A stretch of DNA of 64,000 nucleotides from contig JAGWLG010000007.1 of assembly GCA_028864975.1 (NCBI GenBank), forward strand, positions 32,001-96,000, read 5' to 3'. The stretch comes from Thermoplasmata archaeon. GTDB lineage: Archaea > Thermoplasmatota > Thermoplasmata > Lutacidiplasmatales > UBA184. The notes under the pieces were generated by a model. It did no database searches. It was not told the DNA's origin and saw only the letters and a program-made list of their open reading frames with translations. Position 1 is the stretch's first letter. The number at the start of each line of letters is the position of its first letter. Positions 36,019-44,196 of the stretch are shown here, piece by piece. Made by a program: the position numbers and the translations under genes.

Positions 36019-37334
36019 GGGGCTCCTCCGGAGCGGGCCCCATCCTGGACCTCGTAGCGAACGACGCACCGCGCCCCGTCGCGGAAGAGTCGTCGAGCCG
36101 CGTCGCGCAGGTCCGACGGTCGCACCTTGAGCGCCGCGTCGAAGATGCGATGGTCCCAGGCGAGGCTCCCCAAGCTGCGGAAGAACCCGAGCCGGAAGGC
36201 GGTGCGGGTGCTCCCCTCCCACGCGAGGGAAGCCCCGCGAAGCAGGCGTTCCTTGAGCCGCCGGAGCTCGGCGGAGGTGAGCAGGCTACGTTGGAGGCGT
36301 TCGCTCTCCGAGAGCAAGACCTCTTCGAGCCGTTCGACGCGTACTCCCGGCGCCGCCTGAGCGAAGAGGGAGAAGAGGCCGGGGTGGACGCGCGAGGGCC
36401 AGTCGCTACCCGCGCGTACCGCGAGCCCGCGGTCCACCAACGCTTGGTAAAGGCGCGCGGTCGGGTGCTCCCGAGCACCTCGGAAACCCCCCGTGGGGTA
36501 GAGCGCGTTCTCTCCTCCCAGGTAGAGGTCCAGCATGAGCAGGGCGGCGGCGTGCGGGTCGCTCACGGCCGGCGCCTTCCAACCGATCCGAACCATCGGC
36601 GTCGAGCCGGGCCCCTTGAGCGTGGTCCGTCGCTCGCCCCGCTGTTCCGGCTCGACCACGTTGAGCGTCGGGTCCGCGACGGTCGAGTGGACCGAGGAGA
36701 ACCTTCGTTCGACCTCCCTGCGCATCCTGGCGGGGTCGAAGCCCCCGACGACGACGAGCGTCGCGTTCTTCGGCCCGTAGAACTTGCGGTAGAACCCGTA
36801 GAGCGAGTCCCGGTGCATCCCCCGGATGTCCTGGACCGACCCGAGCGCGTCCCATCGGTACGGGTGCTCTCGGAACGCGAGAGAGTAGATCTCCTCCTCG
36901 ACCCGGAAGATCGGATAGTTCTCGTTCCCTTCCCGCTCGGACAGCACGATGGAGCGCTCCTTGTCGATCTCCTCGGAGGGGATGGTCGCCCCGGTCATCC
37001 GGTCCGCCTCGATGTCGAGGGGAGCGCTCGCGTGGTCCCGGGGAACGGTGGAGAAGTAGGCGGTGAAGTCCGCGTCGGTGAAGGCGTTCAGGACCCCTCC
37101 CGCCTCGACGATGGCGCGGTCCATCGCCCCCACGCGGTAACGGCGCGAGCCCTTGAACAGCATATGCTCGAGCCAGTGCGCGGCTCCCGTCGTCCCGGGC
37201 GCCTCGTTCTTCGACCCTACCCGGTACCACACCCAGACCGAAACCACGGGAGAGGCTGGTCGAGGGACCAGCAGCACTTCGAGGCCGTTGCGCAGCACCC
37301 TGCGCTGGACCGGGGGTGCGTGGAGCCCGACCAT
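36015..37334 (-). CDS. M16 peptidase family, catalytic subunit
   Basis: WYRVGSKNE..GAAHWLEHMLFKGS, NAFT.D.TAY. Confidence 0.93.
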   Translation of the reverse strand: MVGLHAPPVQRRVLRNGLEVLLVPRPASPVVSVWVWYRVGSKNEAPGTTGAAHWLEHMLFKGSRRYRVGAMDRAIVEAGGVLNAFTDADFTAYFSTVPRDHASAPLDIEADRMTGATIPSEEIDKERSIVLSEREGNENYPIFRVEEEIYSLAFREHPYRWDALGSVQDIRGMHRDSLYGFYRKFYGPKNATLVVVGGFDPARMRREVERRFSSVHSTVADPTLNVVEPEQRGERRTTLKGPGSTPMVRIGWKAPAVSDPHAAALLMLDLYLGGENALYPTGGFRGAREHPTARLYQALVDRGLAVRAGSDWPSRVHPGLFSLFAQAAPGVRVERLEEVLLSESERLQRSLLTSAELRRLKERLLRGASLAWEGSTRTAFRLGFFRSLGSLAWDHRIFDAALKVRPSDLRDAARRLFRDGARCVVRYEVQDGARSGGAP

Positions 37335-37356
37335 ACGCGGCCGAAGAGTGGACCCT

Positions 37357-37362
37357 CTTAAG
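37357..37362. promoter_or_regulatory. Palindromic TATA-like box CTTAAG (M16 operon promoter, possibly bidirectional)
   Basis: 23 nt upstream of the M16 ATG, the same spacing as at 34603 and 53989. Confidence 0.5.
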
Positions 37363-37377
37363 GTGTCTTCAGTTCAA

Positions 37378-37499
37378 GAGAGTCCCCGAGAAGTCACCCT
37401 CCGGGGAGAGTTTTCGGGTAGCACGCCGAGTTTTCGTGCGGATACGAGTTTTCGGGGACGCTCTCAGTTCAAAGCCCGACCAAGTTCGAGAAGAAGTTG
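37378..37499. repeat. Periodic intergenic element (GAGTTTTCG x3, CAGTTCAA x2) with self-complementary ends
   Basis: GAGTTTTCG at 37408, 37428 and 37446; GTCCCCGA..TCGGGGAC and GCACG..CGTGC pairings. Confidence 0.5.
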
Positions 37500-37530
37500 A
37501 GGGCCGCGGGGAGCTCTACCCCGCGGCCCT
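37500..37530 (-). terminator. Perfect 12-bp GC hairpin downstream of the 4-TM gene
   Basis: AGGGCCGCGGGG-agctcta-CCCCGCGGCCCT, 17 nt after the stop; pyrimidine-rich tract follows on the minus strand. Confidence 0.5.
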
Positions 37531-37547
37531 ATCCGTTGCCTGTGGGA

Positions 37548-38669
37548 CTAGACGTACTGGTTGTCTCTGCGGCAGTACCAGCGGCTGTACTGGGCCACGT
37601 ACTCGGTCGGCTGTCCACACTTGGTGCAGTTCGGGGCCGGGCCAGGGGCTCCGCCTGCCGCGGGGGCGGCAGCGGCTGCCGCAGGGGCGGCACCGTACGC
37701 AGCGGCCGGACCACCCCAGGAGGCTGCCGCGGGGGCGGCCGCCGCCATCGGGTGACCGACAGCGCCGGTCGGGCTCAGCATCCCAGACTGTTGGGCCTGG
37801 AGGATCTCCTGCACGGTGAACGGGTCCCGGCGGGTCATGAACAAGAAGAGGAACCCGACCAGCAGCAGCGCGAAGCCGGCGATGGCCATGTACCAACCAG
37901 CCCCCGCGCCCCAGTTACAGGAGACCCCACTGGGAGTCCCTGAGGGACATGCGTTCCCGAAGAACGAGTTGCAGGGGGAGGTGCCTGCGCAGGACCCCGA
38001 GGAGTAGTCGGAAGTGAGCGCACCCGGCTGACCACCAAGCGCCCACATCGGCGCCGCAATGGCCAGAGCGAGGGCGACAAGGATGAGCAGCCAGGTGAGT
38101 AACATCTGGATGCGTCCGAATGACAACGCCAAGGCGCCCATGAGCCCGAGGATGGCCGCGATGAAGCCTAGAACGATGGCCCCCGTGAGAAGCCCGCTGA
38201 CGCCGCCATAGAGGTTCCCGGTGTTCGTCAGCGCGGGGCAGCCTCCACCGGAGGAGCTGTAGGTACAGGTCAGGGTGCCGGTTGGGCAAGAGCTACCGGA
38301 ACAGATCTCCTTCCACTCATTCCCCGCAAAGAACTGGATGGTGTAGGTCACGCCACTTCCGCTTTCGGTGTCAGACCAGAACGGTGTGGCGATCGAAACG
38401 ATCAACAGGACCGCTCCCACCAGGAGAAGGATCGAGGCGATCAACCGCTTCTGGTGCTTGTACCCATGAGGTCGCGGAGGGCGCATCGGGGCCTGGGGCA
38501 TCGCGTACGGTTGAGGGGCGCCTCCCCATGCGGGGGCCTGCCCATACGCGGGGGGCTGGGCTCCGTAGCCGGGGGGTGGCTGACCATAGGCCGGCGGCTG
38601 CTGGGCGGGATATCCCTGCTGGGGATACCCGGGGGGCGGCGTTCCTGCGGCTTGCGGCGGGGCTCCCAT
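37548..38669 (-). CDS. Four-TM claudin/amastin-like membrane protein with Pro/Gly/Tyr/Gln-rich N-terminus and C-terminal zinc ribbon
   Basis: TM1 ends IATPFW; Cys-rich loops; WGAGAGWY before TM4; start ATG 38669 or GTG 38681. Confidence 0.75.
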   Translation of the reverse strand: MGAPPQAAGTPPPGYPQQGYPAQQPPAYGQPPPGYGAQPPAYGQAPAWGGAPQPYAMPQAPMRPPRPHGYKHQKRLIASILLLVGAVLLIVSIATPFWSDTESGSGVTYTIQFFAGNEWKEICSGSSCPTGTLTCTYSSSGGGCPALTNTGNLYGGVSGLLTGAIVLGFIAAILGLMGALALSFGRIQMLLTWLLILVALALAIAAPMWALGGQPGALTSDYSSGSCAGTSPCNSFFGNACPSGTPSGVSCNWGAGAGWYMAIAGFALLLVGFLFLFMTRRDPFTVQEILQAQQSGMLSPTGAVGHPMAAAAPAAASWGGPAAAYGAAPAAAAAAPAAGGAPGPAPNCTKCGQPTEYVAQYSRWYCRRDNQYV

Positions 38670-38840
38670 CTTTCGATTCACCTTTTTTCGCGACCCGTTG
38701 CCGGGTAGCGCTACGGAACGATTGTCGTTCTACACTTGAACCTTCCGAATTCGGCGCGGGGACCCTGTCTCCTTTGTGACCCCCCCGTGGACCGACAATC
38801 GGATATCCCCCGACCCGGGGTGGAGGGGGGGAGGGTCCGA

Positions 38841-39719
38841 GTGAACCCCTGGGTTCGTCTCCTGCGTCCGGGGAACGGGGCGATCAGCTTCGTGGGCACG
38901 GTCGTGGGGGGTCTTTCGGCGACCGGGCTGCTCGAGGGGAGGCTCGGAACGGAGATCGGTCCCCTGCTGCTCGCGGGGCTCACCACCTTCCTGGTGGCTT
39001 CCGGGGGCAACGTCCTGAACGACTACTTGGACCGGGAAGGGGACCGGAAGAACCACCCCGACCGCCCGCTCCCGCGAGGGGAGGTCGCCGCGGAGAGCGT
39101 CCGAGCCTTCGCGGCAGGGCTCTTCCTCCTCTCGGGGGTCCCGCTCCTGGGGGTGTTCCTGTGGGGGAAGGCGCCCACGGGGCTCGCGGGCGAGGCGATG
39201 CCCGTCGGTGTTTGGCTCGCGGCGGTCCTCCTGCTGCTCGCCTACGAGCTTCGATGGAAGCCCAGGGGGTTGCTGGGCAACGCGACGGTGGCGGCCCTCA
39301 CGGGGGCCGTGTTCCTCTTCGGAGCGACGATCGTCGGGGCCCCGCTCCTCGCCGTCTCGCTGGCCGCGATGGCCTCGCTGGCCACGCTCTCGCGGGAGAT
39401 CATCAAGGACATGGAAGACGCGGAAGGCGACGTCGACCGCCATACCCTTCCCCGTGACCGGGGGATGGCGGTGGCCTCCCTGGCCGCCCGGGGCGCCGTC
39501 GTCGCGGCGATCGCCCTATCTCCGATCCCCCTCGTCCTGTGGCGGCCGCCCCTCCCCGTTCCCGCCGCCATTATCTACCTCACCTTCGTCGCGGCCGCCG
39601 ACCTCGTGTTCGTGCTCTCCGTCCGTACCCTTCCAAAGGAGCTCCACCGCGAGCAATCGCTCTCGAAGCTCGCGATGGTCCTGGCCTTGGTGGGGTTCCT
39701 GGGGGCGGCCCTACGATGA
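38841..39719 (+). CDS. Digeranylgeranylglyceryl phosphate synthase (UbiA family)
   Basis: LLRPGN, GGNVLNDYLDREGDRKNHPDRPLPRG, REIIKDMEDAEGD; GTG start after a G-rich SD. Confidence 0.92.
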   Translation: MNPWVRLLRPGNGAISFVGTVVGGLSATGLLEGRLGTEIGPLLLAGLTTFLVASGGNVLNDYLDREGDRKNHPDRPLPRGEVAAESVRAFAAGLFLLSGVPLLGVFLWGKAPTGLAGEAMPVGVWLAAVLLLLAYELRWKPRGLLGNATVAALTGAVFLFGATIVGAPLLAVSLAAMASLATLSREIIKDMEDAEGDVDRHTLPRDRGMAVASLAARGAVVAAIALSPIPLVLWRPPLPVPAAIIYLTFVAAADLVFVLSVRTLPKELHREQSLSKLAMVLALVGFLGAALR

Positions 39720-40510
39720 GCCCGACAACGCGCCCCGCCCCGCCGGCGCGAAGGTTCCAGGGTCCCGTGCTCCCTTGGCTCCTCGACCATGTCAGGGCGG
39801 GTCCGGTCCACTTCACGCTCATCGACCCCGACAAGACCCCAGGGGCGAAGGCGGGGGAAGCGGCCGCCCGCGCTGAGTCCCTCGGGACCGACGTGGTCAT
39901 GCTCGGGGGTTCGACCGGGATCACCCCCGACCGAATGGGGCAAGCCGCCCGCGCGGTCCACGAACGGACGACGCGGCCCGTGGTGATCTTCCCGCAGGGA
40001 CCGGACTCGTTGACGGGGGAGGCCGACGCGCTCCTGTTCATGAGCCTCCTCAATTCGCGCGACCTACGGATGGTCGTTCGGGCGCAGGCTGCAACCTCGC
40101 TCAAGGTCCGCTCGCTCCACCTCGAGCCGATCCCGATGGGGTATCTGGTCGTCGCCCCGGGCATGAAGGTGGGGGAGGTCGGCAGCGCGGACTGCCTCGC
40201 TCGGAACGATCCCAAGGCTGCCGCGGCCTGGGCGCTGGCGGCCGAGTACCTCGGGATGCGCCTCGTCTACCTGGAGGCCGGCTCCGGCGCCCCGTCGCCC
40301 GTCCCGATCGAGCTGGTCAGGGCCGTGCGGCAGGTCCTGAGCGTGCCCCTCATCGTCGGGGGTGGGATCCGCAGTGCCGAGCACGCTCGGGCGTTGCTCG
40401 ACGCGGGAGCCCAGGTCCTGGTGACCGGGACGATCCTCGAGGAAGGGGGGGAGGGCGCCCTTGGACCTATCCTCCGAGAGGTGAAGGACGCCCGTGGTCG
40501 GCGGACGTAA
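39716..40510 (+). CDS. Geranylgeranylglyceryl phosphate synthase (group II)
   Basis: HFTLIDPDK, VMLGGST, FMSLLNS, YLEAGSGA, LIVGGGIRS. Confidence 0.94.
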   Translation: MSPTTRPAPPARRFQGPVLPWLLDHVRAGPVHFTLIDPDKTPGAKAGEAAARAESLGTDVVMLGGSTGITPDRMGQAARAVHERTTRPVVIFPQGPDSLTGEADALLFMSLLNSRDLRMVVRAQAATSLKVRSLHLEPIPMGYLVVAPGMKVGEVGSADCLARNDPKAAAAWALAAEYLGMRLVYLEAGSGAPSPVPIELVRAVRQVLSVPLIVGGGIRSAEHARALLDAGAQVLVTGTILEEGGEGALGPILREVKDARGRRT

Positions 40511-42383
40511 GGTCGCCGAGCGGGGGGAGGCGACCGGGTCCCCGGTCACCCAGGCCGAGGGGGCCGTCTATCGTCCGCATGAACGGACGAGCCGCCTGCG
40601 CTTCGCCTCGCCCCGGGGGGAGGTCTCCGCGCTGGGGATCGTCCTGGTCTCCTTGCTGCTCCCCCTCCTCGCGTTCTTCCCCAACTTCGACCAGCTCCCT
40701 GCGTGGCCCGGGGCGCCGGGTTGGTGGGGTCGCTACGCGGTGGGTGTCCTCATCTTCCTCGTTCCCGGCATCGTGGGGACCCTGGCGACGACTCCCCTCG
40801 CCGTGCTCTTCGGCGGTCGGTTCCGCACCCGGCGCGCTCTCCTGCTCGGCCTCTCGGGCTTCCTGATCGTGTTCGGCGTTCTCTTGCTCTGGCGGCTCCT
40901 CACGCTCGTCGCCGGACCCTTCAGCGTCGAGGGGCCGCTCCTGTTGGGATTCGGCCTCATGCTGTGGATCCGCCAGCTGACGCTCGTCGGCGTCTCCCAC
41001 CGGGTCCACGTCCGGTCGCTTCCCGCCGCGCTCGTCCAGCCGCTGCTGGGGTACGTCATGGTCTGGGCCACGCTCGGTTGGAGGCTCAACTCGCTGGTCG
41101 AAGGGGTTTTCTTTCTCCTCCTCGCGCTGGGCGGGGCGGCCTCTCTGGTGACCGCGACGGACCGCCCGATGGTGAGGGAGTTCGGGCAAGGAGGGACCTC
41201 GCTGCTCCGGCCACTCATGGAGCACATGAGCGACCGCGACCCGGCCGCCTCCTCCCAGATGGAGGCCTTCTTTGAGGGGGTCTCGACGAAGGGCGACCTT
41301 CACTTGTCCGCCCTGGTCTTCCGGGACGGGACTCGCGTTCGTGTTGCCGTTCTCGCGCCCTCGGTCCATCCCGGGCCCTTCGCGGAGCTCGGATCGAGCG
41401 ACCTGCCAAGGAAGCTCGCGAAGTCCCTTCGGGGACGGCACGCCGACGAGGTCATGGTTCCGCACTCCCCTTCTACGCATGCCCAGGACATCCCCACGAC
41501 TCCGGAGCTCCAGAAGGTCGTGGAGAAGGTCCAGGAGCTCATCGCGGCAGCCTCGCCCGCGCCGACACGGGTCTCTCCCCTGGTCTCCCCGCACCCGGGT
41601 TCGCTGGCCCGAGCGCAGGTGCTGGGGGACAGCGTGCTGCTCCTCCTGACGCAGGCTCCGGAACCGACGGACGATATCGACTACGCCCTCTCGGAGCTCG
41701 TGCGGGAGGACGCACGGCGCCTGGGCTTTTCTCACGCGATCGTCCTCGACGCCCACAACTCCTTCGTGGAGAACCGCGGGGAGATCCCCTTCGGTTCTCC
41801 CGAGGGCTTCCGCCTGCTCGCGGACGCCAAGGCCGCGATGGTCGCGGCCCGGGACCAAGCGGTCGGAGGAGAGCTACGGGTCGGGTTCGCGCAAGAGCGC
41901 GAGTTCAATCCTGAGGACCACGGCATGGGGCCCGAGGGCCTCTCCGTCCTGGTCATCGAGGGAGCAGGGACCCGCACGGCCTACGCGCTCTTCGACGCGA
42001 ACAACCTGGAGCGCGGGATGCGCGACCCGTTGGTGAGAGCGCTCGAGAAGGCGGTCGGTGGAGCTGGAGAAGTGATGACGACCGATAACCACGTGGTCCA
42101 CGAGGTCCAAGGGGGGACCAACACCCTGGGTATGCGCCGGTCGCTCCAGGACCTCTCGCGCGACCTGGAACGGGTGGCGAAGCGCGCGGTCGCGAACCTG
42201 GCGCCTGCAAGGGTCGGAGCGTCCGAGGAGGTCCTCCGAGGAGTGAAGGTGCTCGGCCCGGGGGTCACCACACGATTGATGACCGCCCTCGCGGACTCCT
42301 TCGCCATCTTCTGGCTCTTCTTCCTCTCCACCATCGCCCTCGCGGCGCTTGCGGGGGCGCTCCTTCTCGCGTTCCTGAAGTGA
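40494..42383 (+). CDS. DUF2070 family membrane protein (predicted neutral ceramidase-superfamily hydrolase)
   Basis: N-terminal multi-TM region, then PSVHPGPF..GSSDLP, PHSPSTHAQD, LDAHNS, DANN, MTTDNH; C-terminal TM; start uncertain. Confidence 0.82.
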   Translation: MVGGRKVAERGEATGSPVTQAEGAVYRPHERTSRLRFASPRGEVSALGIVLVSLLLPLLAFFPNFDQLPAWPGAPGWWGRYAVGVLIFLVPGIVGTLATTPLAVLFGGRFRTRRALLLGLSGFLIVFGVLLLWRLLTLVAGPFSVEGPLLLGFGLMLWIRQLTLVGVSHRVHVRSLPAALVQPLLGYVMVWATLGWRLNSLVEGVFFLLLALGGAASLVTATDRPMVREFGQGGTSLLRPLMEHMSDRDPAASSQMEAFFEGVSTKGDLHLSALVFRDGTRVRVAVLAPSVHPGPFAELGSSDLPRKLAKSLRGRHADEVMVPHSPSTHAQDIPTTPELQKVVEKVQELIAAASPAPTRVSPLVSPHPGSLARAQVLGDSVLLLLTQAPEPTDDIDYALSELVREDARRLGFSHAIVLDAHNSFVENRGEIPFGSPEGFRLLADAKAAMVAARDQAVGGELRVGFAQEREFNPEDHGMGPEGLSVLVIEGAGTRTAYALFDANNLERGMRDPLVRALEKAVGGAGEVMTTDNHVVHEVQGGTNTLGMRRSLQDLSRDLERVAKRAVANLAPARVGASEEVLRGVKVLGPGVTTRLMTALADSFAIFWLFFLSTIALAALAGALLLAFLK

Positions 42384-42418
42384 TCCGGGGCGCCCCCCGC
42401 CCGGAGGTCGCTTCGGAG

Positions 42419-44086
42419 CTATGCCGTCGGAGCGGCCGCCGCTGTCCAGGTCGAGAGGAGGCGTTCCGCCTCGGCTCGGTCCCCCTCGGGGACCGGCGTC
42501 CCTTTCGCCGATGCGAGCGACCTCTCGGCATCTCCTTTCTTGCCCGCGGCCGACTGGACGCTGGCCAAGAAGAGGAAGGCCCGTACCCGGTCGAGCCCCA
42601 CGGACTTGACCGAGGCCTGATGCCAGAGGTTCTCGGCGGCGTGCAGGTTCCCCATCAGCCGCCACCCCTCGCCTTCCTTGACCATCCAAGCCCCCACCTC
42701 AGGGTCGGCGGCGGGCAGGAGGGGCAGCAGCTCCTGTCCCCATCGAGCGTACCGGACCACCTCGGTCCCTTCCTCTCGGGCGATCGCACGGTCCAAGGCC
42801 TTGCGGACCCAGGGGAGCCCCTCCTTCGCGGCGCGCGCGTCGAAGAAGTGTAGGGCGATGAGCTCCACACGATCCGGTCGGGTCGCGGCGAGATGCTCGG
42901 CCGCCCGGCGATGGTAGCGGCGCAAGGCGGTACCGGGCGCCTCCTCCCGGACCACGCGGGGGACGAAGGAGTTCTCGAAGCCCCAGAGCCCGGGTCGGAT
43001 CCGTTCCACGAGCCCGTGGTAGCGCGAGAGCTCCTCGAGCTGATCCCCACCGGGGGCATGGGCGGGGGAGATCAGGGCGTCCACCTCTTCGGAAGTGAAG
43101 TCGCTGCCCAGCACGACCGCGGCCTCGAGCAACGCGCGGTCCGCCTCCATCATGCGCGCGAGACGACGCTCGATGGGCCGTCGGATGACCGTGGGGACCT
43201 GGCTCGAGGCCGACGACCGGGTCCGGGGCCCCTCCATGATCTCCGCGACCGAGCGGCGTTCCCGTTGGCGCGCACGGAGCAGCTCGAGCACGAAGAGCGG
43301 GTTCCCCTCGGCCGTCGCGAAGAGCTGCTGCAGCTCGGGGGTCGTCGGAGCGACCTCGTGCGAACGAAGGGAACGGACGAGGGTGGGGGCGGTCTCGGCC
43401 CCAAGGGGCTCGAGCTTCTCCCGTTGGGCCTCGACCTTCGCGAGCGTTTGGGGCGCGGATGGGTCCGGGGTCGCGTCTCCCAGCGTCGAGGTGGGCCCCG
43501 CGTTCGTGGGCCGTGATGAGAGCGTACGGTTCTCGGAGAGTTCCGGAGCGTACGCGCCGAGGACCAGGAGGGGTCGCTCGGAGATCCCCGCCCCCAGGAG
43601 CTTGAGGACCGCTAGGGTCCCAGGGTCAGCCCACTGGAGGTCATCAAGGAGAATGACTGGGACCCCTCCGAGCTTGGCGGGGTCAAGGGCCGCAAGACAT
43701 CCGCTCGCGACCACGGTGGCCGGGGATTCCTCGAGCGTGCGGCCGCGGGGGAGAGGGATCGGGGAACTCCTGCCTGGATCGGTCGCCGCTGCGGCCCCCT
43801 CGGCGGCAGCTTCCTTCGGCCGGGTCAAGGCGGAGAACGCCTGCCGGAACGGGCGGTACGGCTCGCACGACACCTCGGGGCAACTGCCCCACAGCACCCG
43901 GTAGCCTCGGCTACGGGAAAGCTCGGCGCAGGCCCGGAGAAGTCGGGTCTTGCCGATGCCTTGAGGCCCTGCCCAGAGGATGATGCGGCCTTTCCGCTCC
44001 TTCGCCTCTTCGAGCGCCCTGATCACGATCGCCCGCTCGCGGGCACGACCCAGCAGGGGCCCAGAAGTGTTGGTCGCGTAGGCCAC
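42419..44086 (-). CDS. STAND-class AAA ATPase with C-terminal TPR-like region
   Basis: LLGRARE, Walker A GPQGIGKT, Walker B ILLDDLQWAD, AEGNPLFVLELL, FENSFV. Confidence 0.85.
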   Translation of the reverse strand: MAYATNTSGPLLGRARERAIVIRALEEAKERKGRIILWAGPQGIGKTRLLRACAELSRSRGYRVLWGSCPEVSCEPYRPFRQAFSALTRPKEAAAEGAAAATDPGRSSPIPLPRGRTLEESPATVVASGCLAALDPAKLGGVPVILLDDLQWADPGTLAVLKLLGAGISERPLLVLGAYAPELSENRTLSSRPTNAGPTSTLGDATPDPSAPQTLAKVEAQREKLEPLGAETAPTLVRSLRSHEVAPTTPELQQLFATAEGNPLFVLELLRARQRERRSVAEIMEGPRTRSSASSQVPTVIRRPIERRLARMMEADRALLEAAVVLGSDFTSEEVDALISPAHAPGGDQLEELSRYHGLVERIRPGLWGFENSFVPRVVREEAPGTALRRYHRRAAEHLAATRPDRVELIALHFFDARAAKEGLPWVRKALDRAIAREEGTEVVRYARWGQELLPLLPAADPEVGAWMVKEGEGWRLMGNLHAAENLWHQASVKSVGLDRVRAFLFLASVQSAAGKKGDAERSLASAKGTPVPEGDRAEAERLLSTWTAAAAPTA

Positions 44087-44196
44087 GAAGGTGGCAGATG
44101 CCCACGCGCATAAGCCGATGCCTCGGCCCGAGGGGGTCGTCGGGGTGGTCCTCCCTCGACCTTATCTCTCCCCTCCCTCTACATTTCGGCGGTCGA

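Noticed and set aside
37366-37499. CRISPR mini-array, hammerhead ribozyme or origin (ORB) reading of the periodic element
   Set aside because: Repeats are 9 nt with 9-11 nt spacers and there are no cas genes; CTGAAGA and GAAA occur in the wrong order for a hammerhead; no ORB consensus or cdc6 nearby
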